From NCBI GenBank assembly GCA_040437565.1, contig JBDOQK010000008.1, positions 434,001-498,000 on the forward strand: a DNA stretch of 64,000 nucleotides. Direction: 5' to 3'. Origin of the DNA: Albugo candida. Lineage: Eukaryota. The position numbers and the translations under genes are program-made. Shown one piece after another: positions 45,601-58,046 of this stretch; position 1 is the first letter of the stretch; each line of letters opens with the position of its first letter. Under the pieces are notes generated by a model that saw only the letters and a program-made list of their open reading frames with translations, made no database searches and was not told the DNA's origin.

Positions 45601-46099
45601 AGCTACAAGACATCGCACTGGCCACATATCTGCAAATCAGTCGATCATATCGACTCCACCTCGACCCGGAAGTACTGGGAGCATGGGAAGTGCTAGCTTC
45701 ACAAGCCAGGGAGCTGGTAGTTATGGTGGTCATTCCGGGTATCATGCATCTCGTGTGGCGACACCGTCAAAGACAGCAGCCGCGTACATCGGTCAAAACT
45801 CCTCTGGCTTGCGTCGTGAACTGAGTGAAGACGTAATTCGATTCGGACAACAAATCGGGAGTCATGCTCGCACGATTGGGGATCTCATCAAGTGTCCAGC
45901 ATGGGCCATACATTTCGATCAAGTTTTGCAAAGACTTCCACACAAATGTTCTCTATCGCATTTTCGACTTCGTAAATGGATTTTGATGGCAGAGCCATTT
46001 AGTGTTGCTTCTGGTGAGTTGCATTCCGTCACAGGTCAAGTTCGTCGTCGCTTTGTGAATGAGAAATACCGACCTTTATTCGACACAATCTACAGCTGA
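42608..46099 (+). CDS. Long-chain acyl-CoA synthetase (bubblegum-like) homologue with degenerate catalytic motifs; contains an assembly duplication
   Basis: AMP-binding fold landmarks (YTWMQY, SHDNIL, SYLPLHHIASQ, KGRNVFMGY, VLVGDNRPFLSVL, FSVASGEL), but the P-loop and other adenylation motifs are altered. 44601-45019 is repeated at 45120-45538 across a gap. Confidence 0.85.
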   Translation: MNMTSYCKQKRIQRQLPHSISSSEQKSPINACEQSNLLDTVDVNQSLHEKIDFELPYATLRNGCHVKRQRFSFTNRKNGYRKSRSTTFRNAVNVKSSFFSFSNSRNSLCHSHSFDSSQSHSRRERTSSLMRQSIHDRRRSGDEQPQNNLILPKTHKNAEVPTRPELLKTPRNAADRGSTDTLRCEPHRMIPKFNPRSFHSRNSLAGDSLHSRMDSLDNTIWKAFEWTSRRFSDSIAITGREYPSNVHLIDKSSKTYEAKNYTWMQYKEQVEMLSNGLLRLGFCAGEGAIFSARSSMDMICLNMAVVACGGIVSHIHSTWTAEEICDALVPCANATLFILDELNENFISAIQALTKPRRPSEQSKVKFDSEIGPASDLASSRSTTPFRAVILLNDRFPPEELVMLNISTHIFHFPEFCEFASRNLQSDPATDHAEAELFSFPARTSQVKSDQCCVISFDYDPEGEIRGSCLSHDNILFTSMVLAKCFGPLTVSDRLISYLPLHHIASQILEIYLPIASGMSIICAPSFREFMLVDIITKYKPTIFFANPETWGHISTQVYKAKGQANSFLYRWAKQRATSNSNKLRFGKYGMSRRRSLGYLVAKTLVLDNIKKKIGLQSCHTCYSVLAPLDLDLEGLFKTIDVPIYQLHGSPETTGFGAINYPHAWVFGSSGRALDGTRLYDSEVTHEVHYKGRNVFMGYVRPKASSRGRRTSVTTRKTIEAAFASKDEEKTDPVLEIQPQINPDGWYRSPQYGHLTPEGFLMITDTPRDFLVLSTGDCVPIKPFERALLQQPELERVVLVGDNRXXXXXXXXXXXXXXXXXXXXXXXXXXXXXXXXXXVFGSSGRALDGTRLYDSEVTHEVHYKGRNVFMGYVRPKASSRGRRTSVTTRKTIEAAFASKDEEKTDPVLEIQPQINPDGWYRSPQYGHLTPEGFLMITDTPRDFLVLSTGDCVPIKPFERALLQQPELERVVLVGDNRPFLSVLLFVKLRQNKSGGRSKATRHRTGHISANQSIISTPPRPGSTGSMGSASFTSQGAGSYGGHSGYHASRVATPSKTAAAYIGQNSSGLRRELSEDVIRFGQQIGSHARTIGDLIKCPAWAIHFDQVLQRLPHKCSLSHFRLRKWILMAEPFSVASGELHSVTGQVRRRFVNEKYRPLFDTIYS
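44601..45538. repeat. Gap-flanking duplicate inside the acyl-CoA ligase-like gene
   Basis: 44601-45019 is repeated at 45120-45538 with no difference seen, separated by 100 N. Confidence 0.9.
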
Positions 46100-46186
46100 T
46101 AACGCTCTATTCCGATTGTACGCTGCCTGGCTGAATTGTAGCAGTAAATGGACAGTGAGACCAAGACCTGGACAAGTGCTTCGGCA

Positions 46187-49100
46187 TCAGCTTTGACGAA
46201 TTTGTATGCCTTGCTCTGTTCGCCGTTTGTACTTGCTCGTCAACAGGTGAGGATCCGGGTGCTCTAAACCGAAACTAAGACGATTTAATTGGCCATTACA
46301 CACTTCTTCCAACTTTGACATTGGCAATTGATCCGTTTCGATGTGATCGTACGTCTCGCACATAACCGATACTTTCATGTCCACAATGTACGCAATGCTC
46401 CATTCAGCAAATGTATCTGCATTGATTCCCATCCTATGGAAAAGATACGCGACAATCGGTCAGATTTGGAGCAACAAGCAATGGTACCACTGACCTGTTG
46501 CGTATTCGGTCTTTGACTCTGCCGATCGTATCATTCTTTTTGTAAAAGATCACAAAAGGTACGCCGTGTGGATGGATCCACATTTGCACTGGAGACGTAA
46601 ATACGAAATGAAGCACTCGCAAGTATGCCACCGTGTCGGGACCGGAGCTGCAGCTGTGGACCGCTTGATACTCATCGATTGGCACTCTCTCCACGAACAA
46701 AAATGTCTCGCCAGCACGGTGTGTTCGATCACCATTACATCGAGCTTCAGTGAACGCCACGGTATTTTGAAATCTGCTGAGCTTTGTCGTCCCATCGGTC
46801 AAAATATTTTGAATGACTGAGCCTTCATGGATCACTTCACAGTAACGCAAGAGCATTCTGTTCGGAGTATCGTCACTCTCATTTGGAGGGCGAAACTTTG
46901 TTCGTAAAAGTGTATCCAGGTCTTTCAAGGTCACGGCCGTGTCCACGACCAAATCGAGATGTCTTGGGCCTCCGTACGGATCTTCCGATATATCAGGATG
47001 ATCAAAACAATCATCATACGTGCTGAGGTAAATGGTCAGCTGCATCTTGGCTTCTAGTTCCGTGATGGGTACTGGCAAAATCTCATAATATATCATGGTG
47101 GTTCGATCAGCATATTCGGTCAAGAAATCATCGAGTGTTGTGATTCGATCTTCATAGTATTGAGAATGACGCAGTGGCGCTCGTTTTGGAGCCCCCGTGA
47201 TCGAGGAATGCTGATAGAGTCGAAGGTGAAGACACTTGGGACCAAGCTGTAGATGATCTGCTACAGCTTCGACAATGTCTCTATACTTATTACTCAGAAG
47301 CAGACCGAGGACAAAGCCTTCCTTTTCCGGAATATTTAATTCTTGAAACCTGATATCCACCCGATCAAGCAAATACCGGAAATACGAAGGAACATCTGGA
47401 TACAACTCTTCGAGCTCTTCGATCCCTTCCTCGGTAGGTTGATTCGAGCCAGCACACTTGTCCAATGCAGAAGTATCGCGCTTTCTGCTGGTTAATGTAT
47501 CTAAATCGGATTCCTTCTGGAAGCAAATAATGTCACCATGCTGGATATCAGAGTGCTGCAACGATGTGAGCATATTCACTTCGACCACAGAAGTCGGTTG
47601 TATCTCTTCATACAATAAAAGCTCGTCCGTGTAAGGAAGATGGAGCGCGTCATGCAAGTGTTTGGCGAGTGCAGCACCCGTTTTGGTCCCATCGATCAGT
47701 ATATTCCCCATGTACTTTAGTCGATCATTCAAATCTCGAATTTTGACATCATAATATTTGATGAATAAAAGTATCTCATTGCCTCGTATTCGTGGGATGG
47801 AAAGATTGCGCAGCGCTGTGGCGTCTTCAGTGTCGAGGCATTCTCCTTCATCCTCTCTGATAAGATCATTTGAGGTTCCGGAAGACTCTGTTTGCGAGTT
47901 TTTTGTCGGCCAAAAGTAGAGATTGATAGACGTCGTCGCCTTTAGCTTTTCGACGGCCAAAATTTGTAAAAATAGTCTCACAGGCGCTTTTGTGGATGTA
48001 TCTTCATCAATAAGACATTCCACACGGTAGTCGAGTAAGTTGCTTTCAAGCGGTGAATCAGGTCGCTGTGTGCGATTCTCTCGCATGATGACTCTCCATA
48101 ATCGCAAACGCTCAAGTTCTACGCCCGTTTGCCTGTGGACTTGATAGTATAGATGACGGATACTTGCTGTTCGCTTCATTCGCAATCGTAAACAGAACGA
48201 GTTACTGAAGGAAGCGAAATCTGTCGTTTTCGAATACTTTCTCAGCTTATGGATGCTCCAATCGGAAGCGATTCGGATTGTCATGTACAAATGCTCAGTC
48301 TGTTGCTGTTTCTTTCGTCGAGCAGTGATTTTTTCTTCTTCGTGGAAACGTTCGAGTAGGTGATTCGGAATCTGCACATCATCAATCGGTGGAGAGTTCG
48401 GTTGAATAGCACTTTGTGCAATCTGCATTTCCACTTTCCTATCGCTTGGCACGCTTGAGATGTCGTTGACGCCGTCACGGATATAAACCAACATGTACGC
48501 ACTGGAAAAGGTGCGTGACAGAGGGAGCATTGTATTATTTCCAATCTCTGGTTGAAATCCTTCTGTGCTCATTGTCGTATCAAGCCCATGCACTCCCGGT
48601 TCAGCAGCTCCACTATCTAAAATGGGCGTACAATTCAAAACTGGTTGGCTGTCCAAATAGCCTTTCAGATTCGGATTATCTTGCAAGTGCGCTGAATCGG
48701 AGTTGAGATTTTGATCCTCCAACATGTGAGTTTCGGGAGAGCCCAGCGCTGCTGTGAGCAATGGTGAGCCATCCAGCGGGTGCCTTGTAAGCTCTTCTCG
48801 TTTGATGTCATTTGTTCGTGGTAAAAGACTTCCTCCGTAGTTACCTTCCACGGCCTCTGACTCATTCACACTTGTGATTTCATCGTCGTCGAATTTATAC
48901 CATCGATCGGCTTTCGCTGTATCTCGTCCTGGACGAATGTAAACATAATAATGACCACCGTGTACGTCTCCACTATGAACCAACACGGAGTGTAAATGAT
49001 AGACATACTCATCTTTTTTCCCATTCTTGAGAACAGTATTTTCAAAAGTATTGACTGCTCCTTTGTCTTTAGTCGTTGGCTCGACAAAAGGATCCAGCAC

Positions 49101-50762
49101 CAATTTTGTGGGGAAGCCAAAACGGTCATGTATCTTGACCATTCCATCACGCATGGGATCATACTCGAATCGTTTAAGCTGTAGATTTAAAATTGGTGGG
49201 AAATCAAGAAAGCAGATCGCCTTTTTCGCATTTTGCTTTCCAAATCCTTCGGCTTCATATTGATTTTCTCCTTCCAGCATTTCAATCGCTATATACTTTC
49301 GGAATGAGTCGTAAATATCGCTACAGCCTTTGACATCCAATTGTAAATCGTAGAAAGATTCGTCTCGAAAAGATTCATAATTCACATCGACACAGCGTAC
49401 ATAAGAGCGCACCGTTCCACCAAACAGCTTCCGAATACTTCCTTCCACAATGGTGCGACTCATTTTCTCTTCCAGGCGATCGCATAAAATGCGGTATAAT
49501 TCCTGTACATCGTGTTGCATGAATGCATCGATCTGACTCCAGCCAAATGATCGAGTCAATTCCTTTGTACTAACAGCCTTTGTCTTGCTTTGAAGACGAT
49601 AAAAGACACGCTGTAATGCCAAAGTGACCGAGTCAGTCGTATCTTCTTTTTGTGTAGGAATCTCGTACACAACATGGCGAAAGGCAAGCAAATGGTACAG
49701 CGTTTGTAGCAACGAGTTGATGTAACAAGTCGCGCCTTGGTTTTTCAGCCCGATCAAGCTCGTTTCAAATTGTGAGTCTGCTCCTGCGGCATTGCAAGCT
49801 GATGAATATGAATCTGGCAGCATTGTCGTAGAATCCTCAAGATTTTCTGCTCCAATCTTCCCATAATTTCGCCTCTCGATTTCAGGTTGTTCGCCCTTAC
49901 ATTGATCAGAATTTTGCTGTAGATTGTCATATATCTCCATGATCGAATCACTCCAATCAAACATGACTGCTAAAGTCCGCAAATTCACCTTTTCTTTTGT
50001 GACTGGATCGATAGGCGGATAAAATCGCAAATGTATTCGAAGTGTCGTGCTTTTTGCCAAATTGACATATTCTGCATTTGATGCTTCCAGAGTTATTTCA
50101 AACACATTTTTAATTGTGGTGAAAGTATGCCTAGCAATAAATTTTTTACTCTCGTTACTATTGCTGGGATGAACAAAACTGATTTCAATATCGACAATTC
50201 GCAGACTTCTAAGAAATTGTGCCAAAAGAGATCGTTTTTCTTCTGTAAGTGTGCACGAAACCTCAGGATCGAGTAAGTACGCCCAATTCGACTCCCGGCC
50301 TCTATGAGTACTGAGATGCACGGAGAATAAAACCTTTGCTGAGGCAGCTATTTGAGGGTGACAAACCACGTGCCACCATTCGTCATGAGAATCCTTCTGC
50401 TGCGGAGTACTGAATTCGATTCCAGTAGCAGCAAATAGATTCCGATCACCAAGTTGAATGTCATGCTCTTGTTCCTCAAGACCGTTATAAGAATCCTCAG
50501 GATACCATTCCTCGTATATTTGCCTCTCTATTGGATCCGTCTTGTCGGGATGCATACCAGTTCCATAAGGCTTGACAGCAAGGGCAGACCTCATGGGATC
50601 GATAGTTCCGTCGACGCCTTTGAAGCGCTTCCAGAATTCTACCGAGTTTTCCGGTACAATGGCACGAAATGAAGCATTATGCTCAGATGATGTCGTTCTG
50701 CAGATTTCTTCGTCCTTTTCGGCACACGTAATAGATTTCCGCTTGCGAGTGATATCATTCAT
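46187..50762 (-). CDS. USP7: USP7/UBP12-13-like ubiquitin C-terminal hydrolase
   Basis: GLKNQGATCYINSLLQ (Cys box), QHDVQE, LHSVLVHSGDVHGGHYY (His box), WYKFDD, SAYMLVY, and UBL-type C-terminal region ending FGLEHPD in the last exon. Confidence 0.92.
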
Positions 50763-51270
50763 GAGGTCGATGAGTGGGTCGTTTCCAATTGAGTTGGACT
50801 TTGATTTTGACCAATCGATCAAGTAAAAGAATTCGAGCGAAGAATATTTATTTGAGTGGGAATTATTTTCTAACAGCTACTTTAATTTGTATGTACTTTT
50901 TCCTCAGCAATATCTCGAAGATACCGGATAGCGCGCTTGTTTACGTGACAGTGTAGAACACTAGTGAGACAGCAAAAACTTTAGACTTGGATACACCTAA
51001 ATTGAATTGGCTATTTCATATTTTAAAAGTTACCTGTTTTTTGATAAAGCTCAGTTCGTTAAGTCAATAAATAGTACGACCCTCGGAAAGTTGTTATCCT
51101 CAGAGTGTAAAGTGAGGCACCTAGGTCGCATTGTGTTTTTATCAGAGAATATAGGCGATCACTCTTGGTATAAGAAACTTTTTTCTTTCATGACAGAGAA
51201 TATGGACTAATCTTTGCTGCCTCTAGATAATTCAAAGCAATCAACCACACTTAATCACCAAGAAGTTATT

Positions 51271-54200
51271 ATGGACTGGGATCCAAATCAGCCACCTCAG
51301 GAGGGCTTCATTTGCCCTCCCTGTCCGGTATTTTACCCGACCGAAAAGGAATTTGAGGATCCACTCAAATATATTTCCAGGTACTCTAGCAGTTATTGAA
51401 AATTGACTCATTTACATAAATTTTATTATGATAAATTAGTCGTCAAAATATCGGTCGGCTCTCAGGAATATGCAAAATTGTCCCTCCCCGTGGCTGGTGT
51501 CCTCCTTTTGCTATCAATGAATCTGCTTTTCGATTTCGGACTCGTATCCAGCAATTAAACTATATTGAGGGTCACACACGCACGGAGGGTAACTTTATGG
51601 AAGCATTACGTATATTTCTCTATCGCAAAAAAACTCCCATGCAAACACTGCCACGCATACAGGGACAACTGCTTAATCTGAATTCTTTATACAAAAGTGT
51701 CTTGGGTCGGGGCGGCTACAAACGTGTTTCTGAGAATATGGAATGGTATGAAGTTATACAGGATATCCGTTTTCATGTGAATGAGGATCAAAATGGACGA
51801 AAAGCGACCTTGAGGCAAATCGAGGAGCTCTATCGAATGCATTTACTCGCATTTGAGGAATATGAAAAGAAAAATGGAACTTGTAATCTATCGGCTCGCA
51901 ACATCCATCAAGAAATCCATCCTACGGCCGCAAAAGCTTCGAAAATCGAAGAAAAGCCTGGACACAACTCGCAGCAATCGCACACTTGTAATCAATCAGA
52001 TGTTCCCACAACACCGTCAAAGAAGACAATACTAAGTGCAACACCGAAGAGGTCAAAACGGAAGCAACATGAAGAAATCGATTCTGATATCAAATCCTTT
52101 GAGGTCGAATCGCTTTCGGAATCCGAGACACCAGTGAAGCGCATCTTATTCTCGGAGAAAGATCAGTCTGCAGAACTTCAGGAGAAAGAAATTCTGATAA
52201 AGGTTGAGGAAACCCGTACTGAGAGTACTGCAGACACGGTGGAACCTAATTTGAAGCGCATAAAATATATTCAGGCCGAAAGTAGTCTGAAAAGTGACCT
52301 GGTGGAACGAAATCCAGCCGTTGAGCATGTGCCTTCCACGTTAGAACCGCAAGGTCTGTGCCCAGACTCCACTCGAAACTATCGATTGATGCCACCGCCA
52401 CTGCGTGCCGGCCAGAGATTTTATCACTTTTTTTCCGATGTACCGAAAAATGAGCAGTCAAAGAGTACTGAATGCCCTTTAGACGAGCATCCACCGAAAG
52501 CGACTATAAAGTCTAGAACGGATACGTCTCTATCACAACAGAAAGGAGCATCTTTTCTAGCAGAAATTAAACGAGTTGTATCCAACAGCAAGAAACCGTA
52601 CGCCGTCGTCCAGTACTGTGAAGACGGACATCGTGAATCGATCGATTTATCGTTGCTACAACTCGTCGTCGCGAATGGATGGAGCCCGTAAGTCCATTTC
52701 CATCTCAGTTCTATACAATCTTTTAATGTTTTTTATAGAGAATCAGCAGAATTATCATTCAGAAGCGAGATTTGTCAGTCATGTTTGCGGTGTGATCGCT
52801 GGGATCGAATGATACTCTGTGATAGCTGTAAGAGTGGGTACCATTTATTCTGCCTTGATGAGCCTCTCGATGAAGCACCAAAAGGAGATTGGTATTGTGA
52901 GAGCTGTCTCACGGACTTTGTCACTTCAAATGGAAGTGTGGAAGTTCAGAATCCAAAATTTGGGTTTGAGGTGGGCTCTGAGTATTCGTTAGCGCAATTC
53001 AGAGAGAAAGCCAATGCGTGGAAACGTGATTACTTTCAATTACTGAAAAGCTCAACCGGAATTGATCAGTTAGGCGATGTCATTCTCGAGAAAGAGTATT
53101 GGCGAGTGTTGAGCATGCCGTCTCATGAACAAAGACTATGTGTCGAGTATGGTAGTGATGTCGATTCTGGAGCAAATGGAAGTGGATTTCCACGCGCTGA
53201 TTGTTTTGCGCGATGTGTGCGATTGGTTTCGAAAAGATGGAAGCAATTGGAAATGCTAAAGCGAGAAGAAAATAAGGAGGGTGGTGGAGTAAAGACGGAA
53301 TTAGATCCTATTTTGTACTCGAACGGGATCTCCTCGACACACGGAGACTCTGTCGATAAATTGGTACAAAAGTACATGGAAGACAAATGGAATCTTAACA
53401 ACATCCCGAAATCCAAGGACTCGGTACTCCAGCATCTCGATGAGAATATTAAGGGTGTAATGGTGCCTTGGATGTACATTGGAATGTGTTTCTCCACATT
53501 TTGCTGGCATGTGGAGGATCATAATTTCTATAGTATAAGCTATCTACATTGTGGGGCTCCCAAAACCTGGTATGGTGTTCCTTGTGATAAAGCGGAACTT
53601 TTCGAACAAACTATGAAGAAATTAACTCCTGAGCTATTCACCAGTCAACCCGATCTACATATGCAGCTAGTGACCATGTTCTCGCCTGTGATATTACGTC
53701 AGCACGGTGTCCCCGTGTACCGGGCAACTCAACGCGCAGGCGAATTTATGGTCACTTTCCCATCAGGGTATCATGCAGGCTTTAATCATGGATTCAATTG
53801 TGCTGAAGCTGTCAATTTTGCTACGATTGACTGGCTTCCTTGGGGCTTTAAATCGATACAAAAGTATCGAAAGTTTTCAAAATTACCAGTCTTCGCACAT
53901 GAAGCCCTGGTGTGCTCTCTTGTGGATACAGCTATAAAAACAGAGGCTTTCGACTATCAAAGTGTCCTACATTACCTCTTACCAGCGATCAAGGTGGTTT
54001 ACGACGAGTATTTGAGATTCGAGAACGACGTGAAAACGGTTGGAATTCGAAAAAATGATCGGATGGAAAATTCTCGTACGTACGCACATTTCAACAGCAT
54101 GCCCGCACGTGCGAGTAAAATGATGGTTTCTCGAGAGAATTCTGCGCCTCAAAGGATGAATAGTAGCGTAGAAGGCGGCAAAATGGTGTCTAGCGCCACC

Positions 54201-56876
54201 AGTGCATCACAATCGATGCGGATGGTCTCGTGGGCAGGTCGGTCAGGCAAACTTGAAGGCTTGCGATGCGTTGTCTGCAAACAGTACTGTTATCTCCAGG
54301 CGGTTGCATGTACAAAGTGTCGACATGGATCGACGGTCGGCTGCTTTGAGCACTACAAAGACATGTGCGCGTGTGACAAGGAATCGTATTATGTGCGGCT
54401 GTCACGATTCCCATCAACTCATTTAACATCTCTGATATCGGCTTTGGAAGATCGATTAGACAGTGTTCGGAAATGGCACACACGTGCAGAGGCGATTCTG
54501 CGCGGAGGACCTTCAGACACACAGCTTCCAAGACGAACAATAAAATATGAAGATCTTGAGAGTCTAAGAGATGAAGGGAAGCAATGGAAGGGTGGCTCGG
54601 AGGATCTGTTACGGCAAATAGACGCAGCTCTCCAGTCGGTCACACCTTGGATCAAGCAGGTCGAAGCTACGTTAAAGATGCAAGTGCAACAAGCGAAGAT
54701 AAATGCCATCTTTTCTGTCGATTCAGTATTGACCCAGCTCAAGTCGCTTGATATCACAAGAAAGCAGCTGCTTGTATCTCCCCCGCAAAGTGTCAGCAAA
54801 GATCTATCAGACAGGATCATCAAAGCACAATCGATCAAAGAAAGGATGCAAACCGCGCTCGAGTCTTTAGATCGATTGCGATCAAATGAACCTCAGCATC
54901 ACGAAAGCATACCAATGGAGAGAAAGTCAGTAAAAGCTTTGCAGCTCACCAATTTACAAATTACGGAATTGATGGACGAAATGGACGATATAATTCAACA
55001 ATTTAGCGCAATGGACTTTGTTGCGAGCGCGGACATGACGCGATTGAATGATGCGAAGGAGTATTTATCGCTTTTATGTGAAACAAATACTTCTTTTATA
55101 AAAATCGCTCATCGCCTTAAAGTGATTGGGAAGCGAGAGGCTGTTGTGCTCGATAGACGCGAAACGAAAAAAATGGATTTTACGGATATTGAGGCTGACA
55201 TGGGCGTCATATTTGGCTCTCATGCGACAATGGAGAATTCCTGTCAGAAGTTACTGCAGCGCATCGTCGAATGGAGGAACAAGCATGGCGACTTTGCGTT
55301 TCGGAAGGCTGATTCCTTGATATCTATGCTGGAAAGAACCACGACGATGCGGTACATCGTCGAGTCGGCGGTAGACGATTTGACTCGAGATCCCGAAGAA
55401 ATAGAGGCGCTCTGGAACGATCTTTGTCTTTTACTTATCATTCCAAATAAAATGGAAGAATTTGGAAAGCATCTTTTAGCATGGAAGAAATGGGAAATTA
55501 AAGTTCACAACGCATTGTATCCATCACATTCTTCAAGTAAAACAGGAGGCTCACGTACCAGAAAGAAGCCAACATCTGCGCTCAAAAAGCGACCTAGTTT
55601 ACAAGACTTGGAAACGTGGTACAAAACCGCGGAGGAATGTTTCGTTCCGGTAGCCTCAAATCTCCGGAAGCTTCTTGCTGAAGAAATACAACGATGTCAT
55701 GAGTGGGAAGCCAATTTACGCGCTTTATTCCTTTCACCTGTCAAAGAAACAAAGCAAGTCTCGGCATTACTTTCTCAAGCAATCACCAAATTGGAACGAT
55801 TTCATCAGCGAGAAATACATCCGAGCATGCGAGTTCATTGTGTTTGTCGACAGGTACTCTCCGAGAAGGCAAAAATGGTCACGTGCAATGTCTGCAGATC
55901 TTTATTCCACCACCGATGTGTGAATTATCCTGCATTTTCAGCGACTGGTTTGAATGGAGAGGAGCCATTCACATGCTCTTCATGTGTGGACGCAAAAATA
56001 AACTCCAAAGATCACAGTGGTATCAAATCGTCTTCCACAGAATTGAATGTGGCAACGCTATACTGCATCTGTCGAGATGATCGTGAAGATTCCACAATGA
56101 TTTGCTGCGATTTTTGTGATGAATGGTACCACATCCAATGCATTGGGATGAATGTGGGTATGGTGGATCACATGGAAGCGTATCGATGTCAGCGATGTCT
56201 ACTATGCCAGAACTTGTATTATTTAGACAAGCTTGCCATTGAGAAGGATAGTCTTGGTAATCGACCAGGTTTGGCCAAGATCCAAGCGCTTCTTGGGCAG
56301 TTGGAATGCTCACTGGTGTCGATGCCTCAAAATGGACAAGATTTGATTGCGTATATGAAGCTTGTGAGCGATGTCGATGTCTCTGTAAAGTCTTTTGCAG
56401 ATGCGTTCCTTTCTCGTTTTTCAGCCGAGAACTTTAGCAATATTGAGATTGAGGTGGAGGAGAAGAACATTATGCTATTGATGCAGCAAATGACCGATTT
56501 GGAGATTGATTTAGAGCAATCGTATGCGAGTTTGATTGCTGTTCATTGGTGCCTTCGAGCTTGCCAATTAGTACTCACATGTACTCGACCACCCAAATAC
56601 GCGCATCTCGTCATTTTACTGCTTGATGTGAAGAATATTAAACATTTGGCATCACATGAGGATTACACGCGTATCCAGCGAGCCATCCAAGATCATGTTG
56701 AGAAAGCGACAGCATGGATTCAGCATGTTCGGGCTCTTCAAATAAATCCGTCCGATTTTGAGCAATCAGTCTTGAAACTGGATAAGGAACGTCATGAGTT
56801 GTCTCGATTTCTTGAATTACCTGCTGCTGAAGTGAAGTTCATTCGAGACTCGAAGCATCTACTTTGCGGACAGTAG
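51271..56876 (+). CDS. KDM5: KDM5/JARID1-type histone H3K4 demethylase, three exons
   Basis: JmjN (PVFYPTEKEFEDPL...GICKIVPP), ARID, PHD, JmjC with intact Fe ligands (WHVED...YHAGFN), C5HC2 zinc finger, PLU-1-like helices and two C-terminal PHDs. Introns at about 51381-51439 and 52688-52738. Confidence 0.95.
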
Positions 56877-57349
56877 CCACAGGCTCGATGTTGGCCAAAT
56901 CGGCTCGATGTCGAGCGATTAATGAAATGAGCAGGTTGAGGTTGAGTGTAGGTAGTAGGTTGTATTGCTCAGAATCCATTATATCATGTAAAAGCCTGCG
57001 TACTATAATTCACGCTGACCGATCATTTTGGTCACCGCAATCGCTGCGGTATACGAATTTGCAGCATACATATCGAAATCATTGTATTCTGCGTGAACGC
57101 CAGTCATAAATTGGCGTGGAAGCTCGGGAGTTCCTTCTGGGCAAGTGAATGTTGCTTGTCGATGGAAACCTTGTTTGGGTTGAGTTATTGCCAAATGATC
57201 CAAATGAAATCTCGCAGCGTTTGCTGAATCGATCAGTCGTTCCTGACGCACAAGTACCAAGTGGCTTACTAAACTGATAAAAGCTTTTGTGAATAAATTA
57301 CCTCTGATGCAGTTTCCTTGCTCTTGCTTGCGGGCATCCAAGAAGCCAT
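56839..57349 (-). CDS. Small hypothetical protein (~125 aa), three predicted exons
   Basis: ATG at 57349. GT-AG introns at 57243-57301 and 56996-57069 keep the frame: MASWMPASKSKETASE/ERLIDSANAARFHL...FDM/LLHDIMDSEQYNLLP...SSLE*. Confidence 0.4.
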
Positions 57350-57528
57350 CTTAGCTGTGAAGAAACTCGACATTTCTGTGGTATGAATATCAGTTAATAG
57401 GCGCGATCCAAGCCCCTGCTTATTGGCTATAATGCGTCATCACCATTGTGGTGTGAAAGTAGTCAATAGCTGGTGCAGTGATTTTTTATATTTTATAAGA
57501 ATTTCATTTTTTGCAAAAGGTAATGTTC

Positions 57529-58046
57529 ATTACAAGTTCTATTACATAGTTGCATACGTGACATTTTTCGACTATAGAGCTCTACACAGCTGGTTGAATG
57601 AACCTTTGCGACATTGAAATCGATAGAAAATACGTTGGTTGGTCAAATACAAAAGCAGTCTGCGCACATTCCGCCAGCTGTGTGATTATCTGTGTTATTT
57701 TTACCTGACCAGAATTTATATTATAGAGCAAAATCANNNNNNNNNNNNNNNNNNNNNNNNNNNNNNNNNNNNNNNNNNNNNNNNNNNNNNNNNNNNNNNN
57801 NNNNNNNNNNNNNNNNNNNNNNNNNNNNNNNNNNNNATTACAAGTTCTACTACATAGATGCATACGTGACATTTTTCGACTATAGAGCTCTCTACACAGC
57901 TGGTTGAATGAACCTTTGCGACATTGAAATCGATAGAATATACGTTGGTTGGTCAAATACAAAAGCAATGTGCGCACATTCCACCAGCTGTGTGATTGTC
58001 TGTGTTATTTTTACCTGACCAGAATTTATATTATAGAGCAAAATCA
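57529..58046. repeat. Gap-flanking diverged duplicate (57529-57736 vs 57837-58046)
   Basis: Copies differ by several substitutions and a 2-bp indel. Confidence 0.85.

Noticed and set aside
14632-46099. Possible functional cluster of lipid-handling genes (MFS-Sec14, flippase, acyl-CoA ligase-like)
   Set aside because: They are spread over 30 kb among unrelated housekeeping genes, with no evidence of linkage.
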